Assembly: GCA_963787255.1 (NCBI GenBank)
Contig: CAWBCJ010000029.1
Location: 224,001-288,000, forward strand
DNA: 64,000 bases
Direction of reading: 5' to 3'
Origin: Methanobacteriota archaeon
GTDB lineage: Archaea; Methanobacteriota; Methanobacteria; Methanobacteriales; Methanobacteriaceae
This document shows positions 32,568-45,772 of the stretch, piece after piece. Each line of letters begins with the position of its first letter. Within the stretch, counting starts at the first letter, position 1. Both the position numbers and the translations under genes were made by a program. A model generated the notes under the pieces. It saw only the letters and a list, made by a program, of their open reading frames with translations. It was not told the DNA's origin and did no database searches.

Positions 32568-33473
32568 ATGATTGAGAAGTACAAAAAAGCCGGAGAAATA
32601 GTATCAAAGGTTAGAAAAAAAGCTGTAGAAGAAGTTAAAGAAGATATGAAACTATTAGAACTGGCAGAATTTGTTGAAAATGAAATTATTGAACTTGGAG
32701 GAATTGTCGCTTTTCCATGTAATATCTCAGTAAATGAAGTTACTGCACATTACACACCTCCTGCAAACGATGAAAAAGTTTTTAAGTCTGGAAATCTAGT
32801 TAAAATTGATTTAGGTGCCCATGTAGATGGATATATCGCAGATACTGCCATTAGTGTGCTTATTGGAGATGACATTCCTGAAGATGAGCTTGAAAAACAT
32901 CAAAACATGATAATGGCTTCCCAAGAAGGTCTTGAAAGTGCTTTGAGTACTGTAAAAGCAGGTGTTGAAATTGGAAAAGTTGGAGAGGAAATTGAAAAAG
33001 CCATAAACAATAGAGGATTTAATTCTGTATCCAATTTAACCGGTCACAGCATGGATAGATGGATACTTCATTCAGGGCTTTCAGTACCAAATATTAAAGA
33101 AAATAATCCCCATAAATTAGAAGAAGGGGATGTATTGGCCATAGAACCTTTTGCAACAGATGGTATTGGAAGAGTAACAGATATGAACGAGGTATATATA
33201 TTCAGATTCTTAAGAGACAGACCCATGCGATTAATTCATGCAAAAAGAGCATTGAAAATAATTAAAGAAGATTATAAAATTTTACCATTTGCTCAGCGAT
33301 GGCTTCAAGGCAGGTTCAGCGAGCATCATTTAAATGCTGCAATGAGAATGCTTATATCCTCAAGGGCAGTTTTCCCCTACCACGTACTTCGTGAAAAAAG
33401 TAATGCCGTGGTTGCACAGTCTGAACATACTGTTATTGTGGAAAGCGACGGTTGCCTTGTTATAACAGAATAA
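32568..33473 (+). CDS. map: Methionine aminopeptidase type II
   Basis: [46 protein letters not shown]. Confidence 0.96.
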   Translation: MIEKYKKAGEIVSKVRKKAVEEVKEDMKLLELAEFVENEIIELGGIVAFPCNISVNEVTAHYTPPANDEKVFKSGNLVKIDLGAHVDGYIADTAISVLIGDDIPEDELEKHQNMIMASQEGLESALSTVKAGVEIGKVGEEIEKAINNRGFNSVSNLTGHSMDRWILHSGLSVPNIKENNPHKLEEGDVLAIEPFATDGIGRVTDMNEVYIFRFLRDRPMRLIHAKRALKIIKEDYKILPFAQRWLQGRFSEHHLNAAMRMLISSRAVFPYHVLREKSNAVVAQSEHTVIVESDGCLVITE

Positions 33474-33490
33474 ATAAATTTTTTTATTTT

Positions 33491-34297
33491 TTAATATCCA
33501 CCACCGTTCCCTCCGTCGTAACTATCGGTGGAAACAGCATCAAAATCACTGAAGAAGTCGTCAAAGGAATTAAAATTATCAAGTAAAGATATATCTAAAA
33601 AATCATAGCTTTGAAGATCTCCTTGATCATCCATATAATCAATAGGCACCGTATACATGTAATAATTGTAATAATCACCAGTTTTGGCCTCAGGTTTTAT
33701 ATATGATAGCATTATATTGAATTTTTGAATATCTTCTATATCATAGGTCTTTATAAGGAGAATATGAGATCCCAACACTGATAAATACGCTTTTGCACGT
33801 CCAAGATCCTCTTTCATCCATTTTTTGAGGAATTCTGCTTCATCAAGCAGTTCAATTATCATAGATTTTAATTCTAGCCCTTCATCAGTTAAAACATAGG
33901 TACTATACGGAACAAGAGATAATAGCATCTTTCTTTGCATTCTAAAATAACCTTTATCAACTAAAGGCCCTCTAACATATGTATTTTTATAATCTGAAGA
34001 TTTAACCCGTTTAAACAACTTTTTTGCGAATTCTTTTAGCTCCAATTCATTATTATCAATAATTTCCATCAAAATTTTTTCGTGAGGCTTAAAAGTTAAT
34101 TCACATAATTTATTCTTGCTTATAACTGCGGTTCCACAATGCCTTTTTAAAAATCGAGCCTGATGATCCTCAATATTCACATTAAGTGCCTTTTTTAATA
34201 GAAGATCCATTAAAGTGAGCTTTATCAGTTCATTTCCATTAGAATCAGGAGATATTATCATTAAAGATTCTGCAGGAGTTAAATTCAAAGATTCCAT
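33491..34297 (-). CDS. Hypothetical protein with acidic Gly-ended tail
   Basis: 268 aa ORF with GGAG RBS; LIKLTLMDLLLKK, PLVDKGYF, YVLTDEG; D/F-rich C-terminus. Confidence 0.75.
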   Translation of the reverse strand: MESLNLTPAESLMIISPDSNGNELIKLTLMDLLLKKALNVNIEDHQARFLKRHCGTAVISKNKLCELTFKPHEKILMEIIDNNELELKEFAKKLFKRVKSSDYKNTYVRGPLVDKGYFRMQRKMLLSLVPYSTYVLTDEGLELKSMIIELLDEAEFLKKWMKEDLGRAKAYLSVLGSHILLIKTYDIEDIQKFNIMLSYIKPEAKTGDYYNYYMYTVPIDYMDDQGDLQSYDFLDISLLDNFNSFDDFFSDFDAVSTDSYDGGNGGGY

Positions 34298-34448
34298 TTA
34301 TACAGACTCCAAATAATACTAAAATTATAGTCAAGCTCATATTATATTGAATTAATTTATGGAAATCGTGAAAAATGTGTTCCAATTACTAAAAATTATA
34401 TTTCCATATGGTACTAATGTTTAAAATCATTTGTACTTGACTAAAAAA

Positions 34449-34835
34449 TTACCCCATAATGGATTTTAAGGCAACTTTTATCTTTTTATTACCTTTAATA
34501 TCGTTTATTTCCATATATAAACTGTCTGATTCCTTCCAGTATTTCATTGCAGTGCTTATATCTCCATCTTCTTTATAAACATGACCCATATTATATAATG
34601 CCTCTGCAGCGTCCGCTATATTCTCCTTATCCATGGAATATTCATAAGCTCTGTTAAAATAAAATAATGCTCTTTCTAGATTACCGCGACGCATGCTCAT
34701 TGTTCCTTTAAGCATAAAATTCGAAATTCTATTTCTTCTTTCTTTTGCACGTATGCGATAGTATAATAAAATAATGCCACCATAAGCAAGGAAAATAGCC
34801 CCTAAAAGTATTAATGTGTCCATTTTAATCATCAA
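34449..34835 (-). CDS. Membrane-anchored TPR protein
   Basis: N-terminal TM; AEALYNMGHVY..GD...AMKYW TPR pattern. Confidence 0.8.
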   Translation of the reverse strand: MMIKMDTLILLGAIFLAYGGIILLYYRIRAKERRNRISNFMLKGTMSMRRGNLERALFYFNRAYEYSMDKENIADAAEALYNMGHVYKEDGDISTAMKYWKESDSLYMEINDIKGNKKIKVALKSIMG

Positions 34836-34893
34836 AAGTGTTTATGAGTATTAAATTTGTAAATTATTAAAATTGTCTAAAAAATAAAAGTTT

Positions 34894-34911
34894 AGTAGGA
34901 TAAATCCTACT
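34894..34911 (-). terminator. Hairpin downstream of frhB
   Basis: AGTAGGAT-AA-ATCCTACT, followed by T-rich sequence on the minus strand. Confidence 0.55.
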
Positions 34912-34926
34912 ATCCCGTTTTCAAAC

Positions 34927-35811
34927 TTAGTAGTTTGCAAGTGGGTCTTCTTTTTCATTACTTGCTTTGTATGGGACTGGTAATCCCATTGCTATCCTGT
35001 CATCAATTGTTTTTTGATTTTTGGTTTTCTTATCTGTTGCAAGCTTTTCAAGTAGACCTAATCCTGGTTTTACATCTGCCATTGGTTTGGTTTCAATAAG
35101 ACCTGCATCAACAGCCATTTTAAATACACTTTCACCAGAATCGGTTCTGGTTAATACTGTTGACCATCCGTCTGGTGAACCTACAGAACCTGTTGAAACG
35201 TCAGCTAATTCTGCTACGTAGTCAAGGCAAACATTACATCCGTTTTGTTCGTAACCGTGGGTTTCTTTAAGTGGGATGCTTAGTTCTTCATCTGCGGTGT
35301 ATACCCAGAATTTACCTTTTCCTATGTCCATTTTTTCTACAAGATCAGGGTTAGTTCCCATTTTCTCTGAGATGAATGTTCGTAGAGATTCGAATGGGAA
35401 GTTTTCCATACAGTAAATACCTATTAAAAGTGCAATTTTGTCTGCAACAAATCTTACACCAAATGGATATGACTGCATTTTCCTTATACCCATAGTTTGA
35501 CATGGAATTGCAACAGTACCGACTTTTTCAAGACCGTATTGTCTTACAGCATTTTTTAGCGCAAATACATTTGGTGAAAATGTATATTTAGTACCTGCTG
35601 CTGCTAAAATTTCATCAGATGTCATAGCAACCATTGGTTCTGGTTTCCACATATCTTTTCCAGGTCCGGCTACAACTGCACCGTCTATCATCTTTTCATC
35701 AAGAGCGAATGATAGGAGAGCTGTTACTATTCCTCCGTCTTGTGAAATCTTCTGGATTTGTTTATCGGTTGCTCTTGCAGAAAGTGCTTCTTTATATGTT
35801 CCTAATACCAT
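34927..35811 (-). CDS. frhB: F420-reducing hydrogenase beta subunit
   Basis: [48 protein letters not shown]. Confidence 0.97.
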   Translation of the reverse strand: MVLGTYKEALSARATDKQIQKISQDGGIVTALLSFALDEKMIDGAVVAGPGKDMWKPEPMVAMTSDEILAAAGTKYTFSPNVFALKNAVRQYGLEKVGTVAIPCQTMGIRKMQSYPFGVRFVADKIALLIGIYCMENFPFESLRTFISEKMGTNPDLVEKMDIGKGKFWVYTADEELSIPLKETHGYEQNGCNVCLDYVAELADVSTGSVGSPDGWSTVLTRTDSGESVFKMAVDAGLIETKPMADVKPGLGLLEKLATDKKTKNQKTIDDRIAMGLPVPYKASNEKEDPLANY

Positions 35812-35822
35812 TTTCAAGCCTC

Positions 35823-36620
<798 letters not shown>

Positions 36621-36623
36621 ACG

Positions 36624-37094
36624 CTAAACCCCTATTTCTTTTAAAATGAGCTCAATGGCCTTGGGAATTGCTTCTTCCACACAATTTGTTAACCCCATTT
36701 TGACATCGGGGGCAGAGATAGACTCTGGCTGGCATCCGATTACAAAAACTTCGCATTTTTTACTTAGCTCATGTAAAGGTTCTTCTACTGACCATGAGTG
36801 AGCATCTTCATAAGATCCTCTTGGAAGCTCTGTAACCTCGAATCTTCGCACTGTTCCAGGTTCAGCTCCTGAATTAACCACATCCACTACTATAAGCTTC
36901 TTCCACGATTCGTGAGGAAGAGAGAATATGAAATGTGGCGCGCTGGTCCCTGCATCTACAAACATTGTGTTCTCTGGAAGTCCCTGATCCTTAAAATAGT
37001 CTTGTAATGCTTCTATTACTGCCGGTCCGAATCCGTCGTCTTCGAACAAGACATTTCCACAACCAACTACTAAAATCTCCGCATCGTATGGCAT
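36624..37094 (-). CDS. frhD: Hydrogenase maturation protease
   Basis: [21 protein letters not shown]. Confidence 0.96.
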   Translation of the reverse strand: MPYDAEILVVGCGNVLFEDDGFGPAVIEALQDYFKDQGLPENTMFVDAGTSAPHFIFSLPHESWKKLIVVDVVNSGAEPGTVRRFEVTELPRGSYEDAHSWSVEEPLHELSKKCEVFVIGCQPESISAPDVKMGLTNCVEEAIPKAIELILKEIGV

Positions 37095-37103
37095 TTTATT
37101 CCC

Positions 37104-38327
<1,224 letters not shown>

Positions 38328-38650
38328 ATGTATCACCTCTTGTTTTTAAAATATATGAATATCATTATTTCAATTGATTTAATCTAATAATAAGCTTTTC
38401 CAAGAGAAAAAAAATGAAAAATATATATATCATGAAGAACAAATTATTATCTTCAATTAATAGAAAATTATTTAAATGAAATAGCTACTTTTTTTACATT
38501 TTCAAAGCATTTCTACTATTATTTTATAAGATTATATACCAATTAATTAAGATGCGTAAATATAATAACTTAAAGAATGATATTAGTAAATGTTCATTAA
38601 TTAATAACTCCAATTTAGATAGTCAGTAAAACCAAACAAGAGGTGAACAA

Positions 38651-39085
38651 ATGGTCAAAACAAAGATTCTAATATCTGTTATTATTGTACTCCTAATAGG
38701 GGTTGCAGCAGCAGGTTACCAAATTACATCAACAAATACTCCAGGACTATGGCAGCCTACCAATCCACAAGAGCAACAATCCACAGACCAGAGCAGTCAA
38801 CCGTCTGTACAAAGTCAAAGTGGGACTCAGGGAGGAACAACTTCAGGAGTAAGTCAAAGTGGAAATGGAGGTACTAATGTGAAAATAACCCCAAGCCAAG
38901 CTAAATCTATAGCCCAAAAATCAATAGAAGAACCTGGAGCTACAACAGGCACTCCCCAATTAAAAACAATTAATGGTACAAAAGTTTACATAGTTCCTGT
39001 TATAGACAACGGTAAAACAGCCGGAGAAATTTGGATAGACGCTCAAACAGGTGAAAACATTGGAGGTGCAGGAGGTGCACCATAG
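38651..39085 (+). CDS. Secreted or anchored PepSY-domain protein
   Basis: Signal-like N-terminus, Q/S/T/G-rich linker, ITPSQAKSIA...GEIWIDAQTG. Confidence 0.8.
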   Translation: MVKTKILISVIIVLLIGVAAAGYQITSTNTPGLWQPTNPQEQQSTDQSSQPSVQSQSGTQGGTTSGVSQSGNGGTNVKITPSQAKSIAQKSIEEPGATTGTPQLKTINGTKVYIVPVIDNGKTAGEIWIDAQTGENIGGAGGAP

Positions 39086-39805
39086 ATGGTTGAAATGGTT
39101 GAAACCGAAGTTGAATGCTGTAAAATAATCTCTAAAGATGTTAAAGACGCAATAGTTTTAGAAGGATCACCTGAATTAGGACTTATAGGAAATATATTAG
39201 GATGGCTCCTGGTAGAAGAGCTTAATATGGAGGAAATAGGGTATATTGACTCCAAATATTTCCCTCCACTTGCTGTACTTTACAAAGGAAAGGCAATTCA
39301 TCCATTTAGAATATACGCTACCGATGGAATTGTCATGTTTCTTTCAGATTTCATCGTTCCACCAAATGTCACCTATGACATGACCAATGCAATAGTAGAG
39401 TGGATGACTAGAAACAACAGTAAAGAAATCATCACCTTTAACAGTCTTGTCGTAAGGGAAAAAACTCAAGGAGTTGCAGGCGCAGCAAACTCAGATAAAT
39501 CTCTAGAAAGACTTGGTAAGTTGGATTTACCAATTTTACCCTTTGGAAACATATCAGGGTTATCTGGCACTTTACTTACTAGAAGCATGCAAAAAGGCAT
39601 ACCTGGATCCTGTCTATTTGCAGAGGTATTAAGTCCTTATCCAGATCCAAGAGCTGCAGCAGAAGTGATGAATTTTCTAAATAAAATGTTAGGTACAAAT
39701 GTTAATGCAGAACCACTCGTAAAAGAAGCTGAAGAAATAGAGGCAAGGCTTCAGGAACTTGCACAAACCGTACAGGGAGAAACAGAATCTCCAGCTTACA
39801 TGTAA
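39086..39805 (+). CDS. PAC2-family proteasome assembly chaperone homolog
   Basis: [23 protein letters not shown]; C-terminal AYM (HbYX-like). Confidence 0.9.
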   Translation: MVEMVETEVECCKIISKDVKDAIVLEGSPELGLIGNILGWLLVEELNMEEIGYIDSKYFPPLAVLYKGKAIHPFRIYATDGIVMFLSDFIVPPNVTYDMTNAIVEWMTRNNSKEIITFNSLVVREKTQGVAGAANSDKSLERLGKLDLPILPFGNISGLSGTLLTRSMQKGIPGSCLFAEVLSPYPDPRAAAEVMNFLNKMLGTNVNAEPLVKEAEEIEARLQELAQTVQGETESPAYM

Positions 39806-39950
39806 ACAAAAGAGAAACAGAATCACAAATGTAAATAACATTTGAAACATGATTCTGATTCACTTAATTTTTTAAGCATTTTTATTAATAGTTTGCTTTA
39901 TATACTAGTATAAACAACCTAGTATTTACCAACTTTAATCAGTATCATTA

Positions 39951-40027
<77 letters not shown>

Positions 40028-40030
40028 AAA

Positions 40031-40104
40031 TTTTTAAAAAAAATTTTAATCAAAAATCCTACGCTATTGCTGCGGAAGGATAAAATTAAAGTTTATTTTA
40101 AAAA
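40031..40104. repeat. Imperfect palindrome after tRNA-Arg(TCT)
   Basis: TTTTTAAAA..AATTTTA..ATCCT.CGC / GCG..AGGAT.AAAATT..TTTTAAAAA. Confidence 0.4.
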
Positions 40105-40284
40105 TAATTAATTTAATTCAAGACTTTTACTTAAATCTCCCAATAATTTCAAACCATGGAACTCTTATTGGTTTAAAATTCCATTTAAATCTCATTAAAC
40201 TCATAATATTATTTTAAAGTCTAAATTATTCTCAAATCTATAAACTTTATAAATCATGCAAAACAAATCACTTTTAATTACTTA

Positions 40285-40362
<78 letters not shown>

Positions 40363-40419
40363 AAATTTTCCCCTATAAAGCATCAAAATTTTAAATCTTA
40401 TTTTCAATACTCTATTAAC

Positions 40420-40465
40420 TGACTACATAGTTGACACTTTAAAATATGGAATAACTATGTAGTCA
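40420..40465. repeat. Perfect 13-bp inverted repeat with 20-nt spacer
   Basis: TGACTACATAGTT ... AACTATGTAGTCA. Confidence 0.8.
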
Positions 40466-40646
40466 CAAAAAGTTAATCATATTAAATGAAGGGATATTTA
40501 TGCTGCTGAAATATTGAGCGGCGTTTTACTGTTTTTAAGCATTATATGGGCAGTGTGAAGTATTTAGAGATATTTATACCGATAATTCATAAATCTGAAA
40601 AAAGTTATTAACTTATTATTCAAAACAAATTTAAACATCATCAAGA

Positions 40647-40913
40647 TTATTTAATGGTTATTTTACTCAAAATCTTGCCATAATATTCAATAAATCGCTC
40701 TGCTTCGTTTCTGCGACATTCATCGTTTTCACATTTCTTGTTTACAATGATAATTACTTCATCAGCGACCGGTACATGAGTTAATACTGTACTTTCTTTA
40801 TATTTTTTTACACGTTTCTCTAACTGGTTATACGTCTTCTCAGAGATTCCAGTATCTTTAAAAATTAATTGATGAGTAACCATTCCCTCATTTTGAGCTA
40901 AACATTCTATCAT
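40647..40913 (-). CDS. Hypothetical protein
   Basis: 88 aa, AAGGTGA RBS, directly downstream of the VWA gene. Confidence 0.7.
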   Translation of the reverse strand: MIECLAQNEGMVTHQLIFKDTGISEKTYNQLEKRVKKYKESTVLTHVPVADEVIIIVNKKCENDECRRNEAERFIEYYGKILSKITIK

Positions 40914-40939
40914 TTTATCACCTTGAAGATTTAATTCAA

Positions 40940-42085
40940 TTATATTTCAATTATTAAGTTCGCAAGCTGCTCTAAATCTCTCACTTCAAATAATTCTGCA
41001 CCAACTTCTTCATAATATGAAACACAGCTATCTGCAACGTTCCATTTTTTTTCTTCTTCTGGATTTAATATTAAAACTCTTTTAGATTTCTTAACCATGT
41101 TTTCTACAAGTTCTGCACTTTTTGGTATTCTATCTTCCTTTGGACCTGCCCAGTCCCTGCAGTCGCTTAAAATTAGAACATATGATTTGCTGTTTAAGTT
41201 TGCACGCTTTTCAAATCCTTTAAATGCTGTGAACATGTTGGATTTCCCTCTTATCATGGCATTATCCTGCCTGATTTCCATAACTTTAATGAAAGCGTCA
41301 ACTAAATCTGGTTCAAAAAGTGCAGAGGTTATTTCAGCGGTTTTATTATCAAATTCAAATGCTCTTGCTCGATTGAAGGAGTTTTGAGCTGCATAAACCA
41401 TGCAAAAGAACCAGATACTTATCCAATCGCATGAAACGCTTACATCACTTAAAAAATAATGATTCTGCTTCTTAATCTTAGGCTTGCTCTTAACAAGTTC
41501 TAGAAGAGTCCCGCCGTGTTTCATGTTTTTTCGGATGCTTCTTCTAATATCTGGTTTTTGTTTTTTGGCCTGTTTGTATCTTCGAACCCTCTTTGTGGCA
41601 ATTTTCCTGCCAAGTTTTTGACAAAGATCTACTAATTCTGGTTGAAGCGTGTTTAAAGTCCTAATGTTGCTTTTTAAAAGCTCTGAATTACCTTCCCTAT
41701 CTGCATTATCGCTTATATCATTTAAACTGTTTTTAATGTAGTCTATTTTATACTGCTGTGCTTTATCACCAGAATCGAAATTAGAAACTCTTTTAGTGCT
41801 TATTGACACGTTGTACCGTTTAATGTATTGTGATTTATCTCCCAAGCCGGATGGCGCTTTTATTTCTTCTTGTTCATTTTTATCAAAAAATGTTTCGTAT
41901 AACTGGTTGAATTTCTTTCTTTGACGCTGGTCTTTAAGATAAATGCATGCCAGTGCTTCTTTTAAGTTTCCGTCATTACTCTTGATTAAAGGAGCAGCTT
42001 CACATGCTACCTGCGTGCTTCTAATACTTGCTGGAATTCCATTTTCCCGGAGCAGGCCTGAAAATTTAGCTATTTCATTTATCAT
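40940..42085 (-). CDS. CoxE-like VWA-domain protein
   Basis: FSGLLRENGI N-terminus, PDIRRSIRKN, MIDAS DVSVS, ILSDCRD, LNPE. Confidence 0.9.
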   Translation of the reverse strand: MINEIAKFSGLLRENGIPASIRSTQVACEAAPLIKSNDGNLKEALACIYLKDQRQRKKFNQLYETFFDKNEQEEIKAPSGLGDKSQYIKRYNVSISTKRVSNFDSGDKAQQYKIDYIKNSLNDISDNADREGNSELLKSNIRTLNTLQPELVDLCQKLGRKIATKRVRRYKQAKKQKPDIRRSIRKNMKHGGTLLELVKSKPKIKKQNHYFLSDVSVSCDWISIWFFCMVYAAQNSFNRARAFEFDNKTAEITSALFEPDLVDAFIKVMEIRQDNAMIRGKSNMFTAFKGFEKRANLNSKSYVLILSDCRDWAGPKEDRIPKSAELVENMVKKSKRVLILNPEEEKKWNVADSCVSYYEEVGAELFEVRDLEQLANLIIEI

Positions 42086-42107
42086 GTAACTTCCATAATA
42101 TAGGCTA

Positions 42108-42968
42108 TTATTTAACTTTTATATTGTCTAAAACTTTTTTTCTATCGTCTTCATTTTTAATAACAACATTAATAGTCTTTTTAAGAGAATCTGCATCCAA
42201 ATCATCTTTATTAAATAACATGAGACTTCTAACCCAGTCAACAGAAGCCCTAATTGAAGGGTTTTTGGTAAGATTAAGCTTTCTTATTTTCTGTATTGTC
42301 TTTACAATGCTTTTTACGAGTTTTAAAGAAGCTTCAGGAGTGTGTGATTTTACTATTTCTACTTCTCTTTCAAAGGTAGGATAATCAATGTATAAATATA
42401 AGCAGCGGTCTTTTGTTTCATCAAGAAGCTGTCTTTGGGAGTTTGATGTCAGTATAACCATTAAATCATTATTTAATTCAAAAGTTCCCAGATCGTTTAC
42501 TGTGATTTGCTTTTCTCCAAGCGCCTGTAACAGGAAACTTTCAACTTCTTCGTCTGCCTTGTCAATTTCATCTATTAAAACTACTGAAGGTTTAGTATTC
42601 ATAAATGCAGATAAAAGTGGCCTTTTTATGAAGAAATCTTCCCTGAAAACATCTTCTTCAGTTTTGTTTATTTTGGACATTTCAAGGCTTAAAAGCTGTT
42701 TTTGATAATTCCATTCGCCTACAATCTGCTCAAAAGTAATTCCTTCGTAACACTGTATCCTAAAAAAATCTCTTTCAAATGCTTTAGAAATTGCTTTTGA
42801 AAGTTCGGTTTTACCAGTTCCAGGTGGTCCTTCAATTAAAATTGGTTTTTTAAGTGAAATGGCTAAAAAAATTACTGTAATTATGTTTTCGTCTGGAATG
42901 TATTTGTTTTCAGCTAATGACTTTTCTACATATTCTGTATCGAATTTATTTTCAGACATGATTACCAT
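42108..42968 (-). CDS. MoxR/CoxD-like AAA+ ATPase
   Basis: [42 protein letters not shown]. Confidence 0.92.
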   Translation of the reverse strand: MVIMSENKFDTEYVEKSLAENKYIPDENIITVIFLAISLKKPILIEGPPGTGKTELSKAISKAFERDFFRIQCYEGITFEQIVGEWNYQKQLLSLEMSKINKTEEDVFREDFFIKRPLLSAFMNTKPSVVLIDEIDKADEEVESFLLQALGEKQITVNDLGTFELNNDLMVILTSNSQRQLLDETKDRCLYLYIDYPTFEREVEIVKSHTPEASLKLVKSIVKTIQKIRKLNLTKNPSIRASVDWVRSLMLFNKDDLDADSLKKTINVVIKNEDDRKKVLDNIKVK

Positions 42969-43062
42969 TCATTTGTATATTATATCTTAAGTGTAATATT
43001 TTTTTTAATAAGCAATTTTTTTTTTAATTGTTTCTAGTTTTACTTGCATCGGCACATAAACT

Positions 43063-43527
43063 TTATTCGGTATTCATCTGCTTGCAAACGCAATATTTAC
43101 ATAAAGAAAGCTTATCTTTTATGAATTCGCTCTTCCCAGTGCAAAAATAGATGTTTTGCTTTTTATACACTCCTTTTCCATTTGAAAATACAATTCCTGG
43201 AGGATGTAAAGGTTTTTTAGCGATGAAAGTCAGGTATAATGATATTGCCTTTATGAATTCTTTAAATTCTTCATCGTCGGGTGCATATAAACCAAAATAA
43301 TGATCTATCCTATCTTGAAAATCCTTTATTTTTTTTGCAGGTATTTCATCATCTAATTCCTCAAATGAATCGTTCATTATCTCATTAAAATTATTCAAAT
43401 TGTATTTTGACATGATATGATTTATAGAATTAGTATTTTCACCCATATCTTTGCCATTACACTTTACTTTAGATTTATGGCATTCTATGTCCTTTTTAAT
43501 CTTTAAAAATAATTCTGAACTTTTCAG
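43063..43527 (-). CDS. DUF2115-family protein, probable CTG start
   Basis: YLTFIAKKPLHPPG..F..G...V......YFC.GK.......SLCKYCVC; frame open to CTG at 43527 behind a GGGTG RBS. Confidence 0.8.
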   Translation of the reverse strand: MKSSELFLKIKKDIECHKSKVKCNGKDMGENTNSINHIMSKYNLNNFNEIMNDSFEELDDEIPAKKIKDFQDRIDHYFGLYAPDDEEFKEFIKAISLYLTFIAKKPLHPPGIVFSNGKGVYKKQNIYFCTGKSEFIKDKLSLCKYCVCKQMNTE

Positions 43528-43543
43528 TTTAACACCCTTTAAA

Positions 43544-44746
43544 TTAATCTAATATTATTTTACCGTACATTCCACCAGCACCTGGCTGAATTTTAAGAGT
43601 TTTATTCCTAAATGACCCGATTGTATCTGCTAATTTAGAGTTAGTTTTTGAAATCTCTTCAAGGGGTGCATAAATCAGCACTTCGATTTCACTTCCAAAT
43701 TCCTGTACCATTTCTTTCCAAATTTTTTGAACAAAAACTGTTGTAATCCCCTTTCCATAAACAAGGCTTATTATCTCAGCAAGTGGAAGAATATGAATAT
43801 AATGAGGTCTGAAATCTGGATGGTGAGGTTCATCCCATGTTGCCATGTCCGATATTCTATCTTTAACCCCTATTTTTATAAGTCCGCCACATGGGCACCG
43901 CATCTTAAGTTTTCTTGCTTCATCAATTGAAAATGTCTTGTAACATCTCACACATCCTGTTTCATGGTATTTACCAAGACGGGGATCAAATCCATAATTT
44001 CCAACAACTTTTTTTGCACCAATAGCATCTTTAAATGATTTATATGTCATTTCTTTAATTTCAATTTCATTAAATTCCCTTCCAAGCCTGTGCGGCCATG
44101 GAGAATGTGCATCTGAATTTGATAAGAATGGAATATCCTGAAGCTCTTCAATTCTATCAGCCATATCTGTATCTGCTGAGAGTCCAAGCTCCAAAAAGGC
44201 AGGAGTGTCGCCATAGCAGTCGTAAATACTGTCAAATTCTTTATAAATACTTGTCCATGGAGTAAAAGCATGAGATGGCCCTATTAACCCATCATAACTC
44301 TTAACTAATTCCATTATTTCTGCACCCTTCATTTCAATCCTTGGCCTTCCTTCTTTATCTATATTTTTAGAGATTAATTCCTCCCTAATTTGACGGGCAG
44401 ATTCGATTGAAGGTAAGACTATGAGCTGATGGACTCTATTTTTGTCCTCAATTTCAACTGTTAAAATAAATTTACATTTTACGATTTTAGTTTCTGAATT
44501 TTCCACAGTTTTTAAGCGTGTTTGAATATCATCATCACATTCTTTAACTGAATATATTCCATTATCTGAATGTTCTGTGCTATCTTCTATAATTTGAAGC
44601 CATTCAGGATGAAATGCATCTCCCGTACCAACTAAATCAAGTCCTTTAAGTTTTGCCTGGGACGCAATGGTACTTATTACCATTTTTTTCGATGTTGCCA
44701 TTGAATAAAGACTGTGAATATGTAAATCTGATCTTATTATCATCAA
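43544..44746 (-). CDS. Endonuclease Q (PHP family)
   Basis: [40 protein letters not shown]...CVRC...CPCGG. Confidence 0.88.
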   Translation of the reverse strand: MMIIRSDLHIHSLYSMATSKKMVISTIASQAKLKGLDLVGTGDAFHPEWLQIIEDSTEHSDNGIYSVKECDDDIQTRLKTVENSETKIVKCKFILTVEIEDKNRVHQLIVLPSIESARQIREELISKNIDKEGRPRIEMKGAEIMELVKSYDGLIGPSHAFTPWTSIYKEFDSIYDCYGDTPAFLELGLSADTDMADRIEELQDIPFLSNSDAHSPWPHRLGREFNEIEIKEMTYKSFKDAIGAKKVVGNYGFDPRLGKYHETGCVRCYKTFSIDEARKLKMRCPCGGLIKIGVKDRISDMATWDEPHHPDFRPHYIHILPLAEIISLVYGKGITTVFVQKIWKEMVQEFGSEIEVLIYAPLEEISKTNSKLADTIGSFRNKTLKIQPGAGGMYGKIILD

Positions 44747-44794
44747 ATCACTATAAAGACGAATTAAAATCGGGATTTAAAAAAAAATAATAGT

Positions 44795-45562
44795 TTACCC
44801 GATGTATCTTAAATCTTCTTCGCCGGGAGCTATTTGCATTCTTTCAGCCATTTCTTGCTCCATTTGCTGTGCTTTAGATATCATTTTTCGAGTTTCTTCT
44901 GCTCTTTCTTCTAATTTAGCAATGTCCAATTCTATTCCCAGAATTGAAAGTAGAACGGTTAAAACTGCCTTTGATGCTTCTGCATCGATGAAGTATCCTG
45001 GTGTTTCACCCATGAGACATGCCCCGTTTATTCCTCTTAGCATTCCCATGCCTAAAAGAAGACCTGAAGCTCCAATTATCCCACCATCAGCAGATCTAAG
45101 AGTTACATTGTGCTCTTTTAGTGATTTTGCAATTTCAGATGTAGTTGCTGCACCAAAGACTTTGGATTTTTCAATTGGCTGGCCAGTTCCAAGACCACCG
45201 AGGGTGTACATCTGTTTTACACCATGTTTTTCAACAAAATCGAGTATAATTCCACATACTTCGTACTGGCCTTCAGGACTTAATCCCTGGGTGTTTCCAA
45301 CGAGTATTATGTAATCCTGCCCATTTTCACCATTTAGGGCGTAAAATTCGTTTTTCATGGGTTCAATGGTTCCGTCTTCATTTACAAAGACTTGAGGTGG
45401 AAATGATGGTGAGTATAACTCTGCAAACTTTTTTGCTCCGAGTTCGTGAATAATGTGTTCTGCCACTAATTTTCCAACGTGGCCGATTCCAGGAAGTGCC
45501 TCTATGAATATTGGTTCTTTGATATTCACTTCGTCAATTATTTTTATGTGAGTTTTATTCAT
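44795..45562 (-). CDS. PAC2-family protein in the aIF2alpha-nop10 operon
   Basis: [39 protein letters not shown] terminus. Confidence 0.92.
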   Translation of the reverse strand: MNKTHIKIIDEVNIKEPIFIEALPGIGHVGKLVAEHIIHELGAKKFAELYSPSFPPQVFVNEDGTIEPMKNEFYALNGENGQDYIILVGNTQGLSPEGQYEVCGIILDFVEKHGVKQMYTLGGLGTGQPIEKSKVFGAATTSEIAKSLKEHNVTLRSADGGIIGASGLLLGMGMLRGINGACLMGETPGYFIDAEASKAVLTVLLSILGIELDIAKLEERAEETRKMISKAQQMEQEMAERMQIAPGEEDLRYIG

Positions 45563-45566
45563 CTAA

Positions 45567-45743
45567 TCACTCCTCATTTTTATTAAGCAGTTGTTTTTTT
45601 AGTATTCTCCGATATTTTCCATATTTATCTTCTGGAGAATACTTTGGCGGGTAAACTACTCCAACTTCCCCTTCACAGTAAGGACATTCATCTTTTAAGG
45701 TGTATTCCCTGCATGATCTACACCTTTTCATTTTCATTTTCAT
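45567..45743 (-). CDS. nop10: H/ACA RNP protein Nop10 (too short for the ORF track)
   Basis: MKMKMKRCRSCREYTLKDECPYCEG....YPPKYSPEDKYGKYRR. Confidence 0.95.
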   Translation of the reverse strand: MKMKMKRCRSCREYTLKDECPYCEGEVGVVYPPKYSPEDKYGKYRRILKKQLLNKNEE

Positions 45744-45772
45744 TAAAAGACCCGCATTTCTTTTTGTCCTTA

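Noticed and set aside
44802-45314. 170-aa antisense ORF, and similar ones at 22594-23076, 50818-51270, 54806-55240, 59058-59477 and 62329-62730
   Set aside because: All lie opposite well-supported conserved genes
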